Of a stretch of DNA of 64,000 nucleotides, positions 18,834 through 29,186 are shown piece after piece; position 1 is the first letter of the stretch, and every line of letters starts with the position of its first letter. The position numbers and the translations under genes were made by a program. The stretch lies in the NCBI GenBank assembly GCA_030431455.1, contig JAUIJE010000002.1, forward strand, positions 129,294-193,293, read 5' to 3'. The notes under the pieces were generated by a model that had not been told where the DNA came from, did no database searches, and saw only the letters and a list, made by a program, of their open reading frames with translations. The DNA comes from a bacterium. Its GTDB lineage: Bacteria > Myxococcota > UBA727 > JAUIJE01.

Positions 18834-21800
18834 TCAATCCAACACGTTGACGTCGAGGATGTACTCATCGGACGCGTCGCTCTCGGCCCCGTCCTGCGAA
18901 ATCTCGACGTAGTAGGTGCCCGCCCCGGGGGGCGTGATGTTGACCCACACCCGGAAGCCCTGCCCGGTGTAGAGCTCGGCGAAGCTCTCATCGCGCAGGG
19001 TCACGCGGATGTTGCTCCCGTCCGAGAGGTTCTCCATGCGCAGCCGGTAGTCTTCGGTCCCGTCGACCACGACCTCGTAGACGTCGGCGTCGCCGGGGCG
19101 GACCATGCCGTAGATCGCGCCCGGCACCACAAAGCCATTGGACGAGGCCGCGTCTTGATTAGGCTCGCGTTCGCACCGGCCGCCGGCTTGGAGCTTGAGC
19201 CGGTAGCGGTCCTGGCCGCTCCCCGCCCCGGTGACCACCACCGAGAACGGCCCGGTGCTGCCCACCGGGAGCGCGTCGACGAGAAAACTCGTCGCGCTCT
19301 CGTCCACCGCGAGCAGGTTGGCGGTGTCGGGGTCGGGACCGTCGTAGAGCCGCACGAGGTTCTGGGAGTTGTCGTCCACGTTGATCACGCTCAGGCGCAA
19401 GGAGCTGTCCTCGGACAAGGGCGCGGCCAGCGCGAAGGTCCACACGTCGTCGTCAGCGTCGGTGGCGTAACCGTACACCTCGTGGCCCAGGTCGAGGTCG
19501 ACCTCGCCCAGGTCTTCGGCGAAGCCGGTGCCGTTGGGTTCGGACTCGGTCCCCGGGCCGGTGTCGACGTCGACCTGGTACACGAATTCGCCCCCCGATG
19601 AGCCGCTCACGATCACGGTGTAGACCCCCGCGGGCAGGTCGGGCACGTGCACCACGTTGAGCTCGGCCTCGTGGTAGCCGACCACGGTGCCGTCCGCGCT
19701 CTGTACGGTGACGTCGAGGTCGTTGGCGTTTTCAAAGTTGCGCGCGGTCACCCACAAAGACTCGTCGGGGCCCAGCGAGGCGGGCAGGTCGAAGGTAAAG
19801 ACATCGTCACCGCCGCCCTCCTCGCGGTAGCCGATCACCGACGCGGGCAACGGGCCCATGTGGTCGGCGTCCGAGAGGTCGTTGTTGGGTTCGACCTCGA
19901 CCGGCACGTCGGCCACGTCGAGGGTGATGACGTAGGGGCTCTCGGTGGTGATGAACTGCCCGTACACCTCGATGTGGTACAGCCCCGGCCCGTGGTAGCT
20001 CGCCACGTAGGTGCTGGTGTTGACCCCCAGCGTGCCCGGGGCGCTGTCGGGGTCGGGGATCGACGACAGGGGCAGGAAGTTCTGGTCGAGGACGCGGACC
20101 GCGACCCCGTCGGTGATGAAGCCAAAGCCGTTGTCGCTCTCCATGTTGTCGAAGTGCACCCGCAGCGATTGGTGGGGCTCGAGCTGGTCGAGCAGCTCGA
20201 AGGAGTAGACGTCGATCTCGTCGTCGTCGATGAAGCCGCGGAACTGGGCGAGCTCGCCCCCGAGGGGGACCGCGTTTTGTTTGACGTCGTTGGGCTCGAT
20301 GTCCCGGAAGATCGGCAGCTCGTGCACGGTGGCGGTGAGCGACCAGTCGAGCAAGGCGTGGTCGTCGGCGTCGAGCTCGATGAGCAAGGGGCGGGGGTCG
20401 CGGTTGACGATGTACAGCGGCCGGTCGAGCTGGGGCCGGTGCACGCGCCGGAGCTGCACCCCGTCGATGGAATACACCGCGATGTCCGGGTCGCCGGCGA
20501 GGATGTCGAGGTCAAAGCCCAGCATCGAGGACACCGGGGCCTCGACCACCAAGAACGCACGCTCGAACCCGTCAAAGCCATAGACCAGGTCATCGCCCGC
20601 GACCGTCCCGGTGGGGTTGGCGGCGAGGTCGAGGGCCCCGAGGTCGTAGGGGGTCTGCAGGGTCATCACGATGCCCACCCCGGTGTCGTCCGCGGGGCTG
20701 TCGTTGAACACGAAGAACACATACTCACCGTTGTCGGCGAGGAAGAAGAACTCGTCGTCGTCGAGGACCAGGGCCCGGCTGCCCCCCGGCCCCACCACCT
20801 GCACGTCGGGGTTGAACAGCCCGGTGCCGTGGATGTCCACGCTCACCACCTGCCGCGCCGCGGTGGTGATGCGGTAGGCGCCGGCGGTGAAGCCGGACAC
20901 GTCGAGGGTGTCGGTGGACGAGCTGGCGTCGGGCTGCACCGCCCCGCGGTTGACCAAGGGCACGATGTGCATGTTCACGGTGATGTCGTCGACCGGCCCG
21001 GTGGAGGTGCGCCAATCGAGCACCACCGTGGCCTCCCCGAGCCCCTTGACGTACACCCCCACAAAGTCGTCCTCCTCGATGACCTGGCGCTCGGACACCA
21101 GCTGCCATTGGCTGTTGAACACCAACACCGACGGCAGCGTCTCCGCGGACACGTTCTCGAAGGTCAACAGCACCGCCGCCCCGGTGAAGGTCTCGATGCC
21201 AAAGAAGTTGTCGCTGAGGTTCTTGAGGTTGAAATCGATGCTTGTGGGATTGAGGAAGTCAGCCCCGGGGTTGTGGTTGGGCACCCCGGGGGTGGCGATC
21301 TCGGTGATGCGGATGACGTAGCCCGCCTCGGGGTCGCCCAGGGGCACCCCCGAGGTCAAAAACGCGCTCGGGACCACGGTGAGCTCGTAGCGGCCGTCCC
21401 GGGGCAAGATCACCTCCCGCTTGGCCTCGGCCTCGTAGCCCACCGATGAGCTGCGCAGGTATTCGCCCGGCCCCTCGAGGGTGAACACCGGCGCGGGCAA
21501 CCCCAAGGACAGCACCTCGATGCGGTAGTAGCCGCCGCTTTGCCCCTCGAACGCCCACACGTCCCGGTCCTGGGTCAACGTGCCGTTGCCGGCCACGTCG
21601 GCGGGCCGGCCGATGACCCCGGTGAGCACCGTCTCGCCGTCGTCCGCGAGGGTGACCATCTCGGGCGTGCCCCCGTACAAGGGGTCGTTGTGGTCGGGGG
21701 TCGACTCGACAAAGTCCGCCCCGAGGGCGAGGCCTTGGTTGGGCCCCACGCACTGCCCGTCGAACAGCACCTGGCCCGGGCCGCAGGCCAAGGTGGACTC

Positions 21801-22259
21801 GCACAGCCCGCTGTCCGGGTTGAGGGTGGCCCCGGGGGCGCAGGGAAAGTCCGCTTCGCAGTCGTCGGTGAGCGGGTTGAAGGTCGTGCCCGCGCCGCAG
21901 GTGCGCACCGGCAAACACACGTGGGTGTCGGGGTCGGCGTAGGTGCCGGGGCCACACACCACGTCGGGGGTGCAGGTGTTGGTGGCGAGGTCGAGGAACG
22001 TGCCCGGGCCACACTCGGCCTCGGGCTCGCACACCCCGCCCATGAGCACGGTGCCCTCCCCGCAGGCGGTGAGGGGCTCGCACTCGAATGTCTCTGGATT
22101 GAGCAAGGTGCCTTCGCCGCACCGGGTGTCGGTGGCGTCGGCCACGCACACCCCGTTTTGCAACGTGGTGCCCGCCCCGCAGGTGTCGACCTGCGGGCCA
22201 CACGCGCTCACCGCCACGAACACGACGCTCCACCGAAGAGCGTGGGTTGCCATCCGCAT
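18834..22259 (-). CDS. Very large secreted protein and paralogue of the downstream gene, with Cys-rich repeats plus PPC-like domains.
   Basis: 1141 aa with signal MRMATHALRWSVVFVAVSACGP, CG.GT repeats, and EPNNDLSDADHMGP / EPNGTGFAEDLG / EPNQDAASSNGF modules. The stop lies 11 nt before the next start. Confidence 0.7.
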   Translation of the reverse strand: MRMATHALRWSVVFVAVSACGPQVDTCGAGTTLQNGVCVADATDTRCGEGTLLNPETFECEPLTACGEGTVLMGGVCEPEAECGPGTFLDLATNTCTPDVVCGPGTYADPDTHVCLPVRTCGAGTTFNPLTDDCEADFPCAPGATLNPDSGLCESTLACGPGQVLFDGQCVGPNQGLALGADFVESTPDHNDPLYGGTPEMVTLADDGETVLTGVIGRPADVAGNGTLTQDRDVWAFEGQSGGYYRIEVLSLGLPAPVFTLEGPGEYLRSSSVGYEAEAKREVILPRDGRYELTVVPSAFLTSGVPLGDPEAGYVIRITEIATPGVPNHNPGADFLNPTSIDFNLKNLSDNFFGIETFTGAAVLLTFENVSAETLPSVLVFNSQWQLVSERQVIEEDDFVGVYVKGLGEATVVLDWRTSTGPVDDITVNMHIVPLVNRGAVQPDASSSTDTLDVSGFTAGAYRITTAARQVVSVDIHGTGLFNPDVQVVGPGGSRALVLDDDEFFFLADNGEYVFFVFNDSPADDTGVGIVMTLQTPYDLGALDLAANPTGTVAGDDLVYGFDGFERAFLVVEAPVSSMLGFDLDILAGDPDIAVYSIDGVQLRRVHRPQLDRPLYIVNRDPRPLLIELDADDHALLDWSLTATVHELPIFRDIEPNDVKQNAVPLGGELAQFRGFIDDDEIDVYSFELLDQLEPHQSLRVHFDNMESDNGFGFITDGVAVRVLDQNFLPLSSIPDPDSAPGTLGVNTSTYVASYHGPGLYHIEVYGQFITTESPYVITLDVADVPVEVEPNNDLSDADHMGPLPASVIGYREEGGGDDVFTFDLPASLGPDESLWVTARNFENANDLDVTVQSADGTVVGYHEAELNVVHVPDLPAGVYTVIVSGSSGGEFVYQVDVDTGPGTESEPNGTGFAEDLGEVDLDLGHEVYGYATDADDDVWTFALAAPLSEDSSLRLSVINVDDNSQNLVRLYDGPDPDTANLLAVDESATSFLVDALPVGSTGPFSVVVTGAGSGQDRYRLKLQAGGRCEREPNQDAASSNGFVVPGAIYGMVRPGDADVYEVVVDGTEDYRLRMENLSDGSNIRVTLRDESFAELYTGQGFRVWVNITPPGAGTYYVEISQDGAESDASDEYILDVNVLD

Positions 22260-22273
22260 CGCTTCGCCTCCGC

Positions 22274-25200
22274 TCAGTTGGTGATGGTCACGATGAGCTC
22301 GTAGGGGGCTTCATCCGCGAGGGACGCGCCCTGCACCCGGATGAAGTAGTCCCCGGCGGAGCCGGCCACGTGTTGCACCACTTCGTTGTCGTTGGTGCTG
22401 GTCCCGCTTTGCACCACCGACCCCCCCGGGTCGAGGATGTCCACGTCGAGGTTGCCCACCGCGTGGCTGAACAGCACGTCCGCGCGCAACGTCTCGCCCG
22501 CCCCCACGCTCACCGTGAACAGGTCGGGGTCGCCGCCGCACAGCTGCAACTCTGGATAGCTGCCAGGCGCCACCGGGTAGGCCCCCGCGGGGGTGTCGTT
22601 GGGCTCGGTCAAGTCGTCCAGGCACAGGCCCACGCACTCGTCGTCGGGGGTGTCCGAACAGTTCTGCGAGATGCCGTCGCCGCACACCTCCCGGGCGCCG
22701 GGGCGCACGGTGGAGTCGGTGTCGTCGCAGTCACCGTCGCAGGAGGTGACCTTGTCCCCGTCGAGGTCGAGGCAGCCGCCTTCGGCCCGGACCTCGAGCT
22801 CGTAGGTGCTGGTCGGTCCCGCGCTCTCGCCGGTGGCGAAGGCCGCGACCCGGACCGCGTACACCCCGGGGTTGTCGAAGGTGTACAGAATGTAGCTGTC
22901 GGTGGTGGACAGGCCCGTCTGGGGGTCGATGTTGTTGTTGTTGGTCACCAGCTGCACCCCGCTTTCGTTGTACAGGGTGAGCAGCGAGTCGAGGGGGGAG
23001 CCGTCGTCGCGCGCGTCGATGTCGAACGCGAGCTGGGTCCCGGGCACGGTGACCTCGACGCAGTACCAGTCGTGGTCGGCCGCGGCCTGGATCACCCCGC
23101 CGCGCTCGCCCGGCCACGCCACCAGCTCGCACGCGGCCTGGGGCTGGTTGACCTCGGTCTCGGCCACCGCCGGGCAGCCGTCGTCGACGTAGCCGTTGCA
23201 GTTGTTGTCCTTGCCGTCGCCGCACACCTCGGGGGCCCCGGCGTAGACGGTGCCGTCGGCGTCGTTGCAGTCCCCTTGGGCCGGGGTCTGCAGGTCGCTG
23301 TCCCCGTCGTCGTCGCACATGTCGTCGACGATGTCGTTGCAGTCGTTGTCCACCCGGTCGCAGGCTTCGAGGGGCAGAGGCCCGCACAGGCCGCAGGCGT
23401 TGGACACCCCGTCGTCGACCTCGCCGTTGCAGTCGTTGTCCGCCCCGTCACAGATCTCGGGGCCGGTGGGCCCACACTCGCCGCAGGCGTTGAGCGCCCC
23501 GTCGTCGACCAGGCCGTTGCAGTTGTTGTCGAGACCGTCACAGATTTCTTCCGGCTCGGGGGCGCAGGCCCCGCAGCTGTTCTTGACGTACTCGTCGACA
23601 AAGCCGTCGCAGTTGTTGTCCACCCCGTCACACACCTCGGGGGCCCCCGGGTAGACGTCGTCGCGGCTGTCGTCGCAGTCCCCGTCGTTGGGGGTCACGC
23701 CGTCGGTGTCGAGGTCGGTGTCGCAGTCGGTGTCCACCACGTCGTCACAGTCGTTGTCGATGTTGTCGCCGCACAGCTCCACCGGGGGGTAGCCGCAACC
23801 GCCGCAGCTGTTCTTGACCCCTTCGTCCACATCACCGTCGCAGTCATTGTCGAACCCGTCGCAGATCTCGTTGGCCGCGGGGTTGCGGGTGGGGTCGTTG
23901 TCGTCGCAGTCCCCGTCGAGGCCGCCGTATCCGTCCCCGTCGAAGTCCCCGATGCAGGTCCCGGGGTCGCTCACCCCGTCGCAGTTGTTGTCTTTGTTGT
24001 CGCAGGTCTCGGCCCGGCCGAAGTGCACCTCGGGGTCGTCGTCTTCACAGTCGCCTTCGCAGGTGCTGACCCCGTCGAGGTCGTTGTCCTCGCACACCGG
24101 GTAAAAGAGCGCCTTGGCCTTGAGCACGTAGGTGAGCCGAGAGCCGCCGGCGAGGGTGGACTCGTCGCTGACCTCGATGGCGTAGATGCCGGGCCGGGCA
24201 AAGGTGAACGACAGGTAGCTGTCCGAGTCCTCTTCAAAGTAGCTGGTCTCGGGATCGATGCCGTCGTTGTTGGTGGTGATCACGTCCCCCGGGGTCTCGA
24301 GCAGCTTGAGCCGGGAGTTGAGCAGCGAGTCGTAGGGCGGCTCCTGGGCGTCGATGTCAAACTCGATTTCGGCATTTCCAGGAACGAAGAAACAATAGAC
24401 GTCCTTGTCCTTTTTGGGGTCGATGACCCCGTCCACGGTGAACGGCAGGGTCAAGAGCGGACAGTTGCTCATGTCGTCGTTGGGCTCGGCCTCGGACTTG
24501 ATGAGCTCGGGACACTCCTCGTCCACTTCCCCGTCGCAGTTGTTGTCGTAGCCGTCGCAGGTCTCGGTCTGGCCGGGGAACACCTGGTTGTCGGCGTCGT
24601 TGCAGTCCCCGTCACAGGGGGTGAGACCGTCGCCGTCCCCGTCTTCACAGATGAGCAGCTCCAGGGCGCGGATGTGCAGCTCGTAGGTGTACTCGGGCCC
24701 GCCGTCGTCGGCGTAGAAGTGATAGGTGTCGAGCCGCACGGTGGTGGGCTCGTCGAAGCTGTAGCTCAAGAACGGGTCCGACCCGTCGCTGTAGTCGTTG
24801 TACCCGCCGGGCAGCGCTTCACCGTCCGAGCCGAACAGGCTGAGCACCCCGTCGGTGGGGGCGCCCAAGATCGCCGAGTCGATGTCGAACTCGAGCACCG
24901 TGCCCGCGGGGGCGTGAAAGCAGTAGCTGTCGATGTCCCCCGCGGGGGTGTAGGCCCCCACGACCACGATTTCGTCGTCCAGGGTCGGGGGCAGGACTAT
25001 GTCTTGGCAGTTGGCTTGGCCGCCGTTGGGCTCGACCTCGGCGACCTGGCCCCCCACGCAGCCTTCGTCGACGGCGCCGTCACAGTCGTTGTCGAGCAGG
25101 TCGCAGATCTCCACCGGCACCGGGCCGCACTCGCCGCACTGGTTGCGCACCCCTTCGTCCACCTGCCCGTCGCAGTTGTCGTCGATGTCGTTGCAGGCTT

Positions 25201-25498
25201 CGGGCTCACCGGGGTTGCGGTCGGGGTCGTTGTCGTCGCAGTCCACCGCCGCGTCGTACCCGTCGTTGTCGAGGTCGTTGTCGATGATGGTGCAGTTGCC
25301 GAGCTCACAACGGTAGCCGAAGGGGCAATCGAGGTCGCCCTCGCAGGCGAACTCATCGACGTCCTCGCCCACCTGAAAGGTGTTGCCCCCCGCGTCGGGG
25401 GTCACGCCGGAGCCCGTGCTCCCGGGACAGCCCGAGAGCACCGAGAGCGACAAAACGAACAGAGAAAAGACGAGGGGGGAAGAAGTGTTCAAACGCAT
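22274..25498 (-). CDS. Giant lipoprotein with tandem 'putative metal-binding' (MopE-like DxDxDG...CDDxD...C.DG.DNDCDG..DE) repeats and PPC-like domains.
   Basis: Lipobox MRLNTSSPLVFSLFVLSLSVLSGC. There are at least 9 copies of the Asp/Cys-rich approximately 35 aa motif, and EPNGGQANCQ / EPNDDMSNCP / EPNDTPAGAY modules. The start at 25498 shares TGATG with the upstream stop; the alternative ATG at 25513 adds MLGAV. Confidence 0.7.
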   Translation of the reverse strand: MRLNTSSPLVFSLFVLSLSVLSGCPGSTGSGVTPDAGGNTFQVGEDVDEFACEGDLDCPFGYRCELGNCTIIDNDLDNDGYDAAVDCDDNDPDRNPGEPEACNDIDDNCDGQVDEGVRNQCGECGPVPVEICDLLDNDCDGAVDEGCVGGQVAEVEPNGGQANCQDIVLPPTLDDEIVVVGAYTPAGDIDSYCFHAPAGTVLEFDIDSAILGAPTDGVLSLFGSDGEALPGGYNDYSDGSDPFLSYSFDEPTTVRLDTYHFYADDGGPEYTYELHIRALELLICEDGDGDGLTPCDGDCNDADNQVFPGQTETCDGYDNNCDGEVDEECPELIKSEAEPNDDMSNCPLLTLPFTVDGVIDPKKDKDVYCFFVPGNAEIEFDIDAQEPPYDSLLNSRLKLLETPGDVITTNNDGIDPETSYFEEDSDSYLSFTFARPGIYAIEVSDESTLAGGSRLTYVLKAKALFYPVCEDNDLDGVSTCEGDCEDDDPEVHFGRAETCDNKDNNCDGVSDPGTCIGDFDGDGYGGLDGDCDDNDPTRNPAANEICDGFDNDCDGDVDEGVKNSCGGCGYPPVELCGDNIDNDCDDVVDTDCDTDLDTDGVTPNDGDCDDSRDDVYPGAPEVCDGVDNNCDGFVDEYVKNSCGACAPEPEEICDGLDNNCNGLVDDGALNACGECGPTGPEICDGADNDCNGEVDDGVSNACGLCGPLPLEACDRVDNDCNDIVDDMCDDDGDSDLQTPAQGDCNDADGTVYAGAPEVCGDGKDNNCNGYVDDGCPAVAETEVNQPQAACELVAWPGERGGVIQAAADHDWYCVEVTVPGTQLAFDIDARDDGSPLDSLLTLYNESGVQLVTNNNNIDPQTGLSTTDSYILYTFDNPGVYAVRVAAFATGESAGPTSTYELEVRAEGGCLDLDGDKVTSCDGDCDDTDSTVRPGAREVCGDGISQNCSDTPDDECVGLCLDDLTEPNDTPAGAYPVAPGSYPELQLCGGDPDLFTVSVGAGETLRADVLFSHAVGNLDVDILDPGGSVVQSGTSTNDNEVVQHVAGSAGDYFIRVQGASLADEAPYELIVTITN

Positions 25499-28110
25499 CA
25501 CGGCACCAAGCATTCGGCGGTGTAAGAAATCTCGACGGTGGCCCCCGCGTCGGGCACGGACGTTCCGTTGAAGGAGATGGAGTTGTTCTCCTCGTTGTAT
25601 TCCCAGCCGTTGAGCTCGTCGGCGGGGATGGGCACCCCGTTGACCAGCACCACGATGGTGGCCTCGTCGGGGATGCGGGTGAGGGTGAAGCGGGTCAGGG
25701 CGCTGAACGTGCCGATGCCGATCTCCTCCATCGTCGTCGACCAGTCCGGGGTGCAGATGGATTCGAACAACCCTTCGAGAGCCAACGAAATGTCGTAGTA
25801 ACGGTCCCCGCTGCTCGCGCTGTTGCCGTTGGCGTCGCAGCCCGCGGGGGGCTCGCCCGCGATGGCCGAGGCGATCACCGCTTGGCTGTCGTAGCCCTTG
25901 GCCGAGAGCAGCCCGTCGACGTAGTCGCTGACGTCGCCCTCGGAGAAGTCATCCTCGTCGGAGACGTAGATCACCGAGAGCAGGGCGTCGGGGCGGAGAA
26001 AGCCGCCGTTGGCGGTGGAGACCAGCGGTTCGGTCACCGCCAACACCGAGGCCGCGAGGCCCTTTTCGGTGGCGCTCCCGTCGGTGCCGACGTTGACCAT
26101 GGCCACGAAGTCGCCGATGGGATCGGCGCTGGCGTCGGGCCCGATGTTGGCGATGTAGGGGGCGACGAGTTTGCCCGCGTCGGCGTCGCTCACGTCGGTG
26201 GTGACCACCCCGATGTGGTAGTCGATGTTGAGCCCGACGGTGAAGTTGATGAACGAGCTGAAGTTCTGGGCGATGGACTGTTGCTCCTGCAGCATCGATC
26301 CGGAGTTGTCGATGACGAAGAGGATGTCCACCGCCGGGGTCTGCGACTGGGTGAAGACATCGACCACGTCGGCCGCGGACAGCGCCGCGGTGGTGCCGAA
26401 CACCGCGTGACGCTCCACCGGCTCTTTGGCCCCGGTGGAGAAGACCTCGAGGTGACCGCTGTGCTGGCCGGGGCCGGGGCCCGACAACATGCGCAGCGCG
26501 AGGGGGCGCGCTTCGCCCGAGGCCAAAAAGTCGCCGGGGGAAATCGGGGTCAGGAGCTCGAAGTTGGGGTCGGTGGCGGCGGAGAACGCGGTGCTGTCGA
26601 GACGCGCGGCCACCGGGCCCACGTTGGTGAGGGTGGCTTCGAAGGTGCGCGACACGCAGCCCTCGGTGACCGTGCCGAAGTACTGCACCCCCGGGGTGAG
26701 CACCAGGTCGGCGAAGTCGCCGAAGCCGAGCAGGTCGTGTTTTTGGGTGGTGCCGTCGTCGAAGGTGACGATCAGGTCCCCGGTGGAGGGGGCGGCGGCG
26801 ATGGGGGTGTAGGAGACGGTGGCGGTGGTGGTCTCGCCCGGCAACAATGTGCCTGCAGGCGCGCCGGTGATAAGGGAAAACTCAGGGGCGGCGTCGGGCG
26901 ACAGCGCGGTGCTGGCGATGTGGCAGTCGACCATGGAGGCGTTTTCGATGGTGACGGTGACCTCTTCGGTCAAGCCCACCCCGCGGGGGGGGAAGCTCAC
27001 CGGGCTCGGGTCAAACAACAGGCCGCAGGTCGGGGTCGGGTCGGCGAACGCGACGAGGTCGACCTCGACGTCGGGCTCCTCGGCGGAGGCGAGGCTCAAG
27101 GTGCCGAGCCGGTCGCCGGCGGCGGTGGGGGCGAAGGCCACGGTGATCGCGGTGCGCGCCCCCGGGGCGAGGGTGCCGGTCGAAGGCGCGGCGGTGATGC
27201 TGTAGTCGGTGTCGAGCGCGGTGATGGTGGCGCCGGTGAAGGTGCAGTCGATTTCGCCGTTGTTGACCACCTCCGCGTCGGCGGTGGTGGTCGAGAAGTC
27301 CACGCTGCCCCGCGGGAAGGACAGGGGGGCGGGGTCGAGGGCCAGGCGGCACCGTTCGGACGGGAGGGCTTCGCCGCCGAGGACCGCGGTGAACTCGAGC
27401 ACCCCCGCGGTCACCACCGAGAACATGCCCGCCCGGGTGCCGGGGCTTTGCGGGGCGAACGTGACCTCGACGCCCACGGTCTGGCCCGCGGCCACTTCGG
27501 TGAGGCTGTCGTCGGTGATCACAAAATCGGCGTGGCCCGCGGTGAGCCGAACCGCGTCGATGGCGCACGGCCCGTTGCCCTGGTTGGTGAGGTTGATGGT
27601 GCGCGGCGCTGAGGCATAGCCGACCTCGGTGTCGTCAAAGTCGACCGGGTCGGGGGCCACGAGCAAATCGCAGGTGGTCGGCGGCGTGCCGTTGCCGGTC
27701 AAGGGTGCGGTCTCGAGCGTCTGGTCGCTGTCGGGCACGTAAAAATCCATGTTCACCGCGTAGGCGTGGGCGTCGGTGGGCCGAAACCGCACCGGCAACA
27801 AAAACCGCCCGCCCGCCGCGAGCGGGGTCTCGACCTCGGTGGCCAGCGCCGCGAACGCCTCGGCGTCGGCCTCGGCCGCCCCCTCTTGCGCGGTGAAGAC
27901 CACGTCCAGCCCGTCGATGGGGGTGCTGCCGCAGTTGATGACCTGGACCGTGCGGATGGTGGTGCTGCGCACGGTGGTGTCGCCGAAGTCGGTCTCCGCC
28001 GGCTCGACGCAGAGGTCGTAGGTGGTGTTGAGCAGGTCTTCGTCCGGGCAGCCAGCGGTCAACAGCAGCGCGGCGGCGGCGAAGAGGGGACGGGGAGGAG
28101 TCCAGGCCAT
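25498..28110 (-). CDS. Lipoprotein with repeated Ig-like (ASH / choice-of-anchor-D-like) domains and a von Willebrand factor A domain.
   Basis: MAWTPPRPLFAAAALLLTAGCPDE is a lipobox. Several approximately 100 aa repeats each carry xxDFG/V..N.G. The MIDAS-type vWA motif DILFVIDNSGSM is present. It is the first gene of a 4-gene minus-strand operon. Confidence 0.65.
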   Translation of the reverse strand: MAWTPPRPLFAAAALLLTAGCPDEDLLNTTYDLCVEPAETDFGDTTVRSTTIRTVQVINCGSTPIDGLDVVFTAQEGAAEADAEAFAALATEVETPLAAGGRFLLPVRFRPTDAHAYAVNMDFYVPDSDQTLETAPLTGNGTPPTTCDLLVAPDPVDFDDTEVGYASAPRTINLTNQGNGPCAIDAVRLTAGHADFVITDDSLTEVAAGQTVGVEVTFAPQSPGTRAGMFSVVTAGVLEFTAVLGGEALPSERCRLALDPAPLSFPRGSVDFSTTTADAEVVNNGEIDCTFTGATITALDTDYSITAAPSTGTLAPGARTAITVAFAPTAAGDRLGTLSLASAEEPDVEVDLVAFADPTPTCGLLFDPSPVSFPPRGVGLTEEVTVTIENASMVDCHIASTALSPDAAPEFSLITGAPAGTLLPGETTTATVSYTPIAAAPSTGDLIVTFDDGTTQKHDLLGFGDFADLVLTPGVQYFGTVTEGCVSRTFEATLTNVGPVAARLDSTAFSAATDPNFELLTPISPGDFLASGEARPLALRMLSGPGPGQHSGHLEVFSTGAKEPVERHAVFGTTAALSAADVVDVFTQSQTPAVDILFVIDNSGSMLQEQQSIAQNFSSFINFTVGLNIDYHIGVVTTDVSDADAGKLVAPYIANIGPDASADPIGDFVAMVNVGTDGSATEKGLAASVLAVTEPLVSTANGGFLRPDALLSVIYVSDEDDFSEGDVSDYVDGLLSAKGYDSQAVIASAIAGEPPAGCDANGNSASSGDRYYDISLALEGLFESICTPDWSTTMEEIGIGTFSALTRFTLTRIPDEATIVVLVNGVPIPADELNGWEYNEENNSISFNGTSVPDAGATVEISYTAECLVP

Positions 28111-28442
28111 GATGTGAGGTCCTTCAGCAGCAGATGCCTACAGGTCGGGCGATGTAGGATTTCGTACTCTGCTTTTCGGGCATGGCTCAAGGAAAGGGAG
28201 CTGAACTCTCCTGAAACAAATCAAACACCGTGTCATGGCCTGATTCGTCAATAGTTATAGATACTTACGAGAGCCTTTGCGCGGCTCAGATCCAGGTGCC
28301 CAGGGGGCGCCGACCGCCCAGACGCTGGCCGAGAGCGAAAGGCTTCTCGGCCGGATCGCGGGGTTGGCCCGTCGGGCGCGGGCTGCCCCGGACCCGGACA
28401 ACCCCGATGCGGGACTCGAATTGCCGGTACAGTGAGCGGACC

Positions 28443-29018
28443 ATGAACTTGGCCCCCCGCACCAAAGCGACCTACGCGCACGAGATTCAGCAAGAGATCG
28501 GCCGGCTGTCGCCGGCGGCGCGCGACCAGATCGCGGCCGCGTGCGGCCACGTCTGGCAGGACATCGAAAACAGCCTGGCCTCGACCTGGCTCGACGAAGC
28601 GACGTTCAACCAACTCACCGAAGCGCACCGGTCGGTGCTCGGCGACGCCGAGACCCGGGCCTTCTACCGGCGGGTGGGCCGCACCCTGGCCAAAAATCCG
28701 TTCTTCAAGGTCGGCCTCGATGCGGTCATCCGTTTGTCGGGCATGTCCCCGCACCCCTTGGTGCGGTTCGCCACCCACGCGCGCGCGCTGGTGGTGCGCA
28801 ACGCCGGGCAGCTCACCTACCGCCGCGAGTCGGAGACCTGCGCGGTGCTGACCATGGTCGACTTCCCGCCCAGCACCTGGCAGTCGGGGACCACCGCGAT
28901 CATGCTCGCGGGCACGTGGGAGGGCGTGGTCGACCTCGCGGGCAAAGAGCCCCTGGTCGACATCGAAGACCTCGATTTGGCGGGCGGCGCGTGCCGGTTC
29001 CGCGTCGCCTGGTCATAG
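28443..29018 (+). CDS. Small hypothetical protein, possibly the Myxococcales-restricted DUF2378/TIGR02265 family.
   Basis: 192 aa starting at ATG 28443 (MNLAPRTKATYAHEIQQEIG...). Non-repetitive, balanced composition. The upstream part of the track ORF (MSWPDSS...) crosses an AT-rich promoter-like region and was excluded. Confidence 0.45.
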   Translation: MNLAPRTKATYAHEIQQEIGRLSPAARDQIAAACGHVWQDIENSLASTWLDEATFNQLTEAHRSVLGDAETRAFYRRVGRTLAKNPFFKVGLDAVIRLSGMSPHPLVRFATHARALVVRNAGQLTYRRESETCAVLTMVDFPPSTWQSGTTAIMLAGTWEGVVDLAGKEPLVDIEDLDLAGGACRFRVAWS

Positions 29019-29186
29019 CCGTCGACGACGACGCAAGCCGGCGGCCAACACGCCCAGCCACAACGCCCAGGAACTGGCGCACGCGCCCCACCACACCCGG
29101 AGACTGGATTTCATGGACGCAGCCTAGCGCGTCGCCCGCATTGCTTCGATGACGCCGCGCGTCTACGAGGATGGCAGGAGGCCGCC

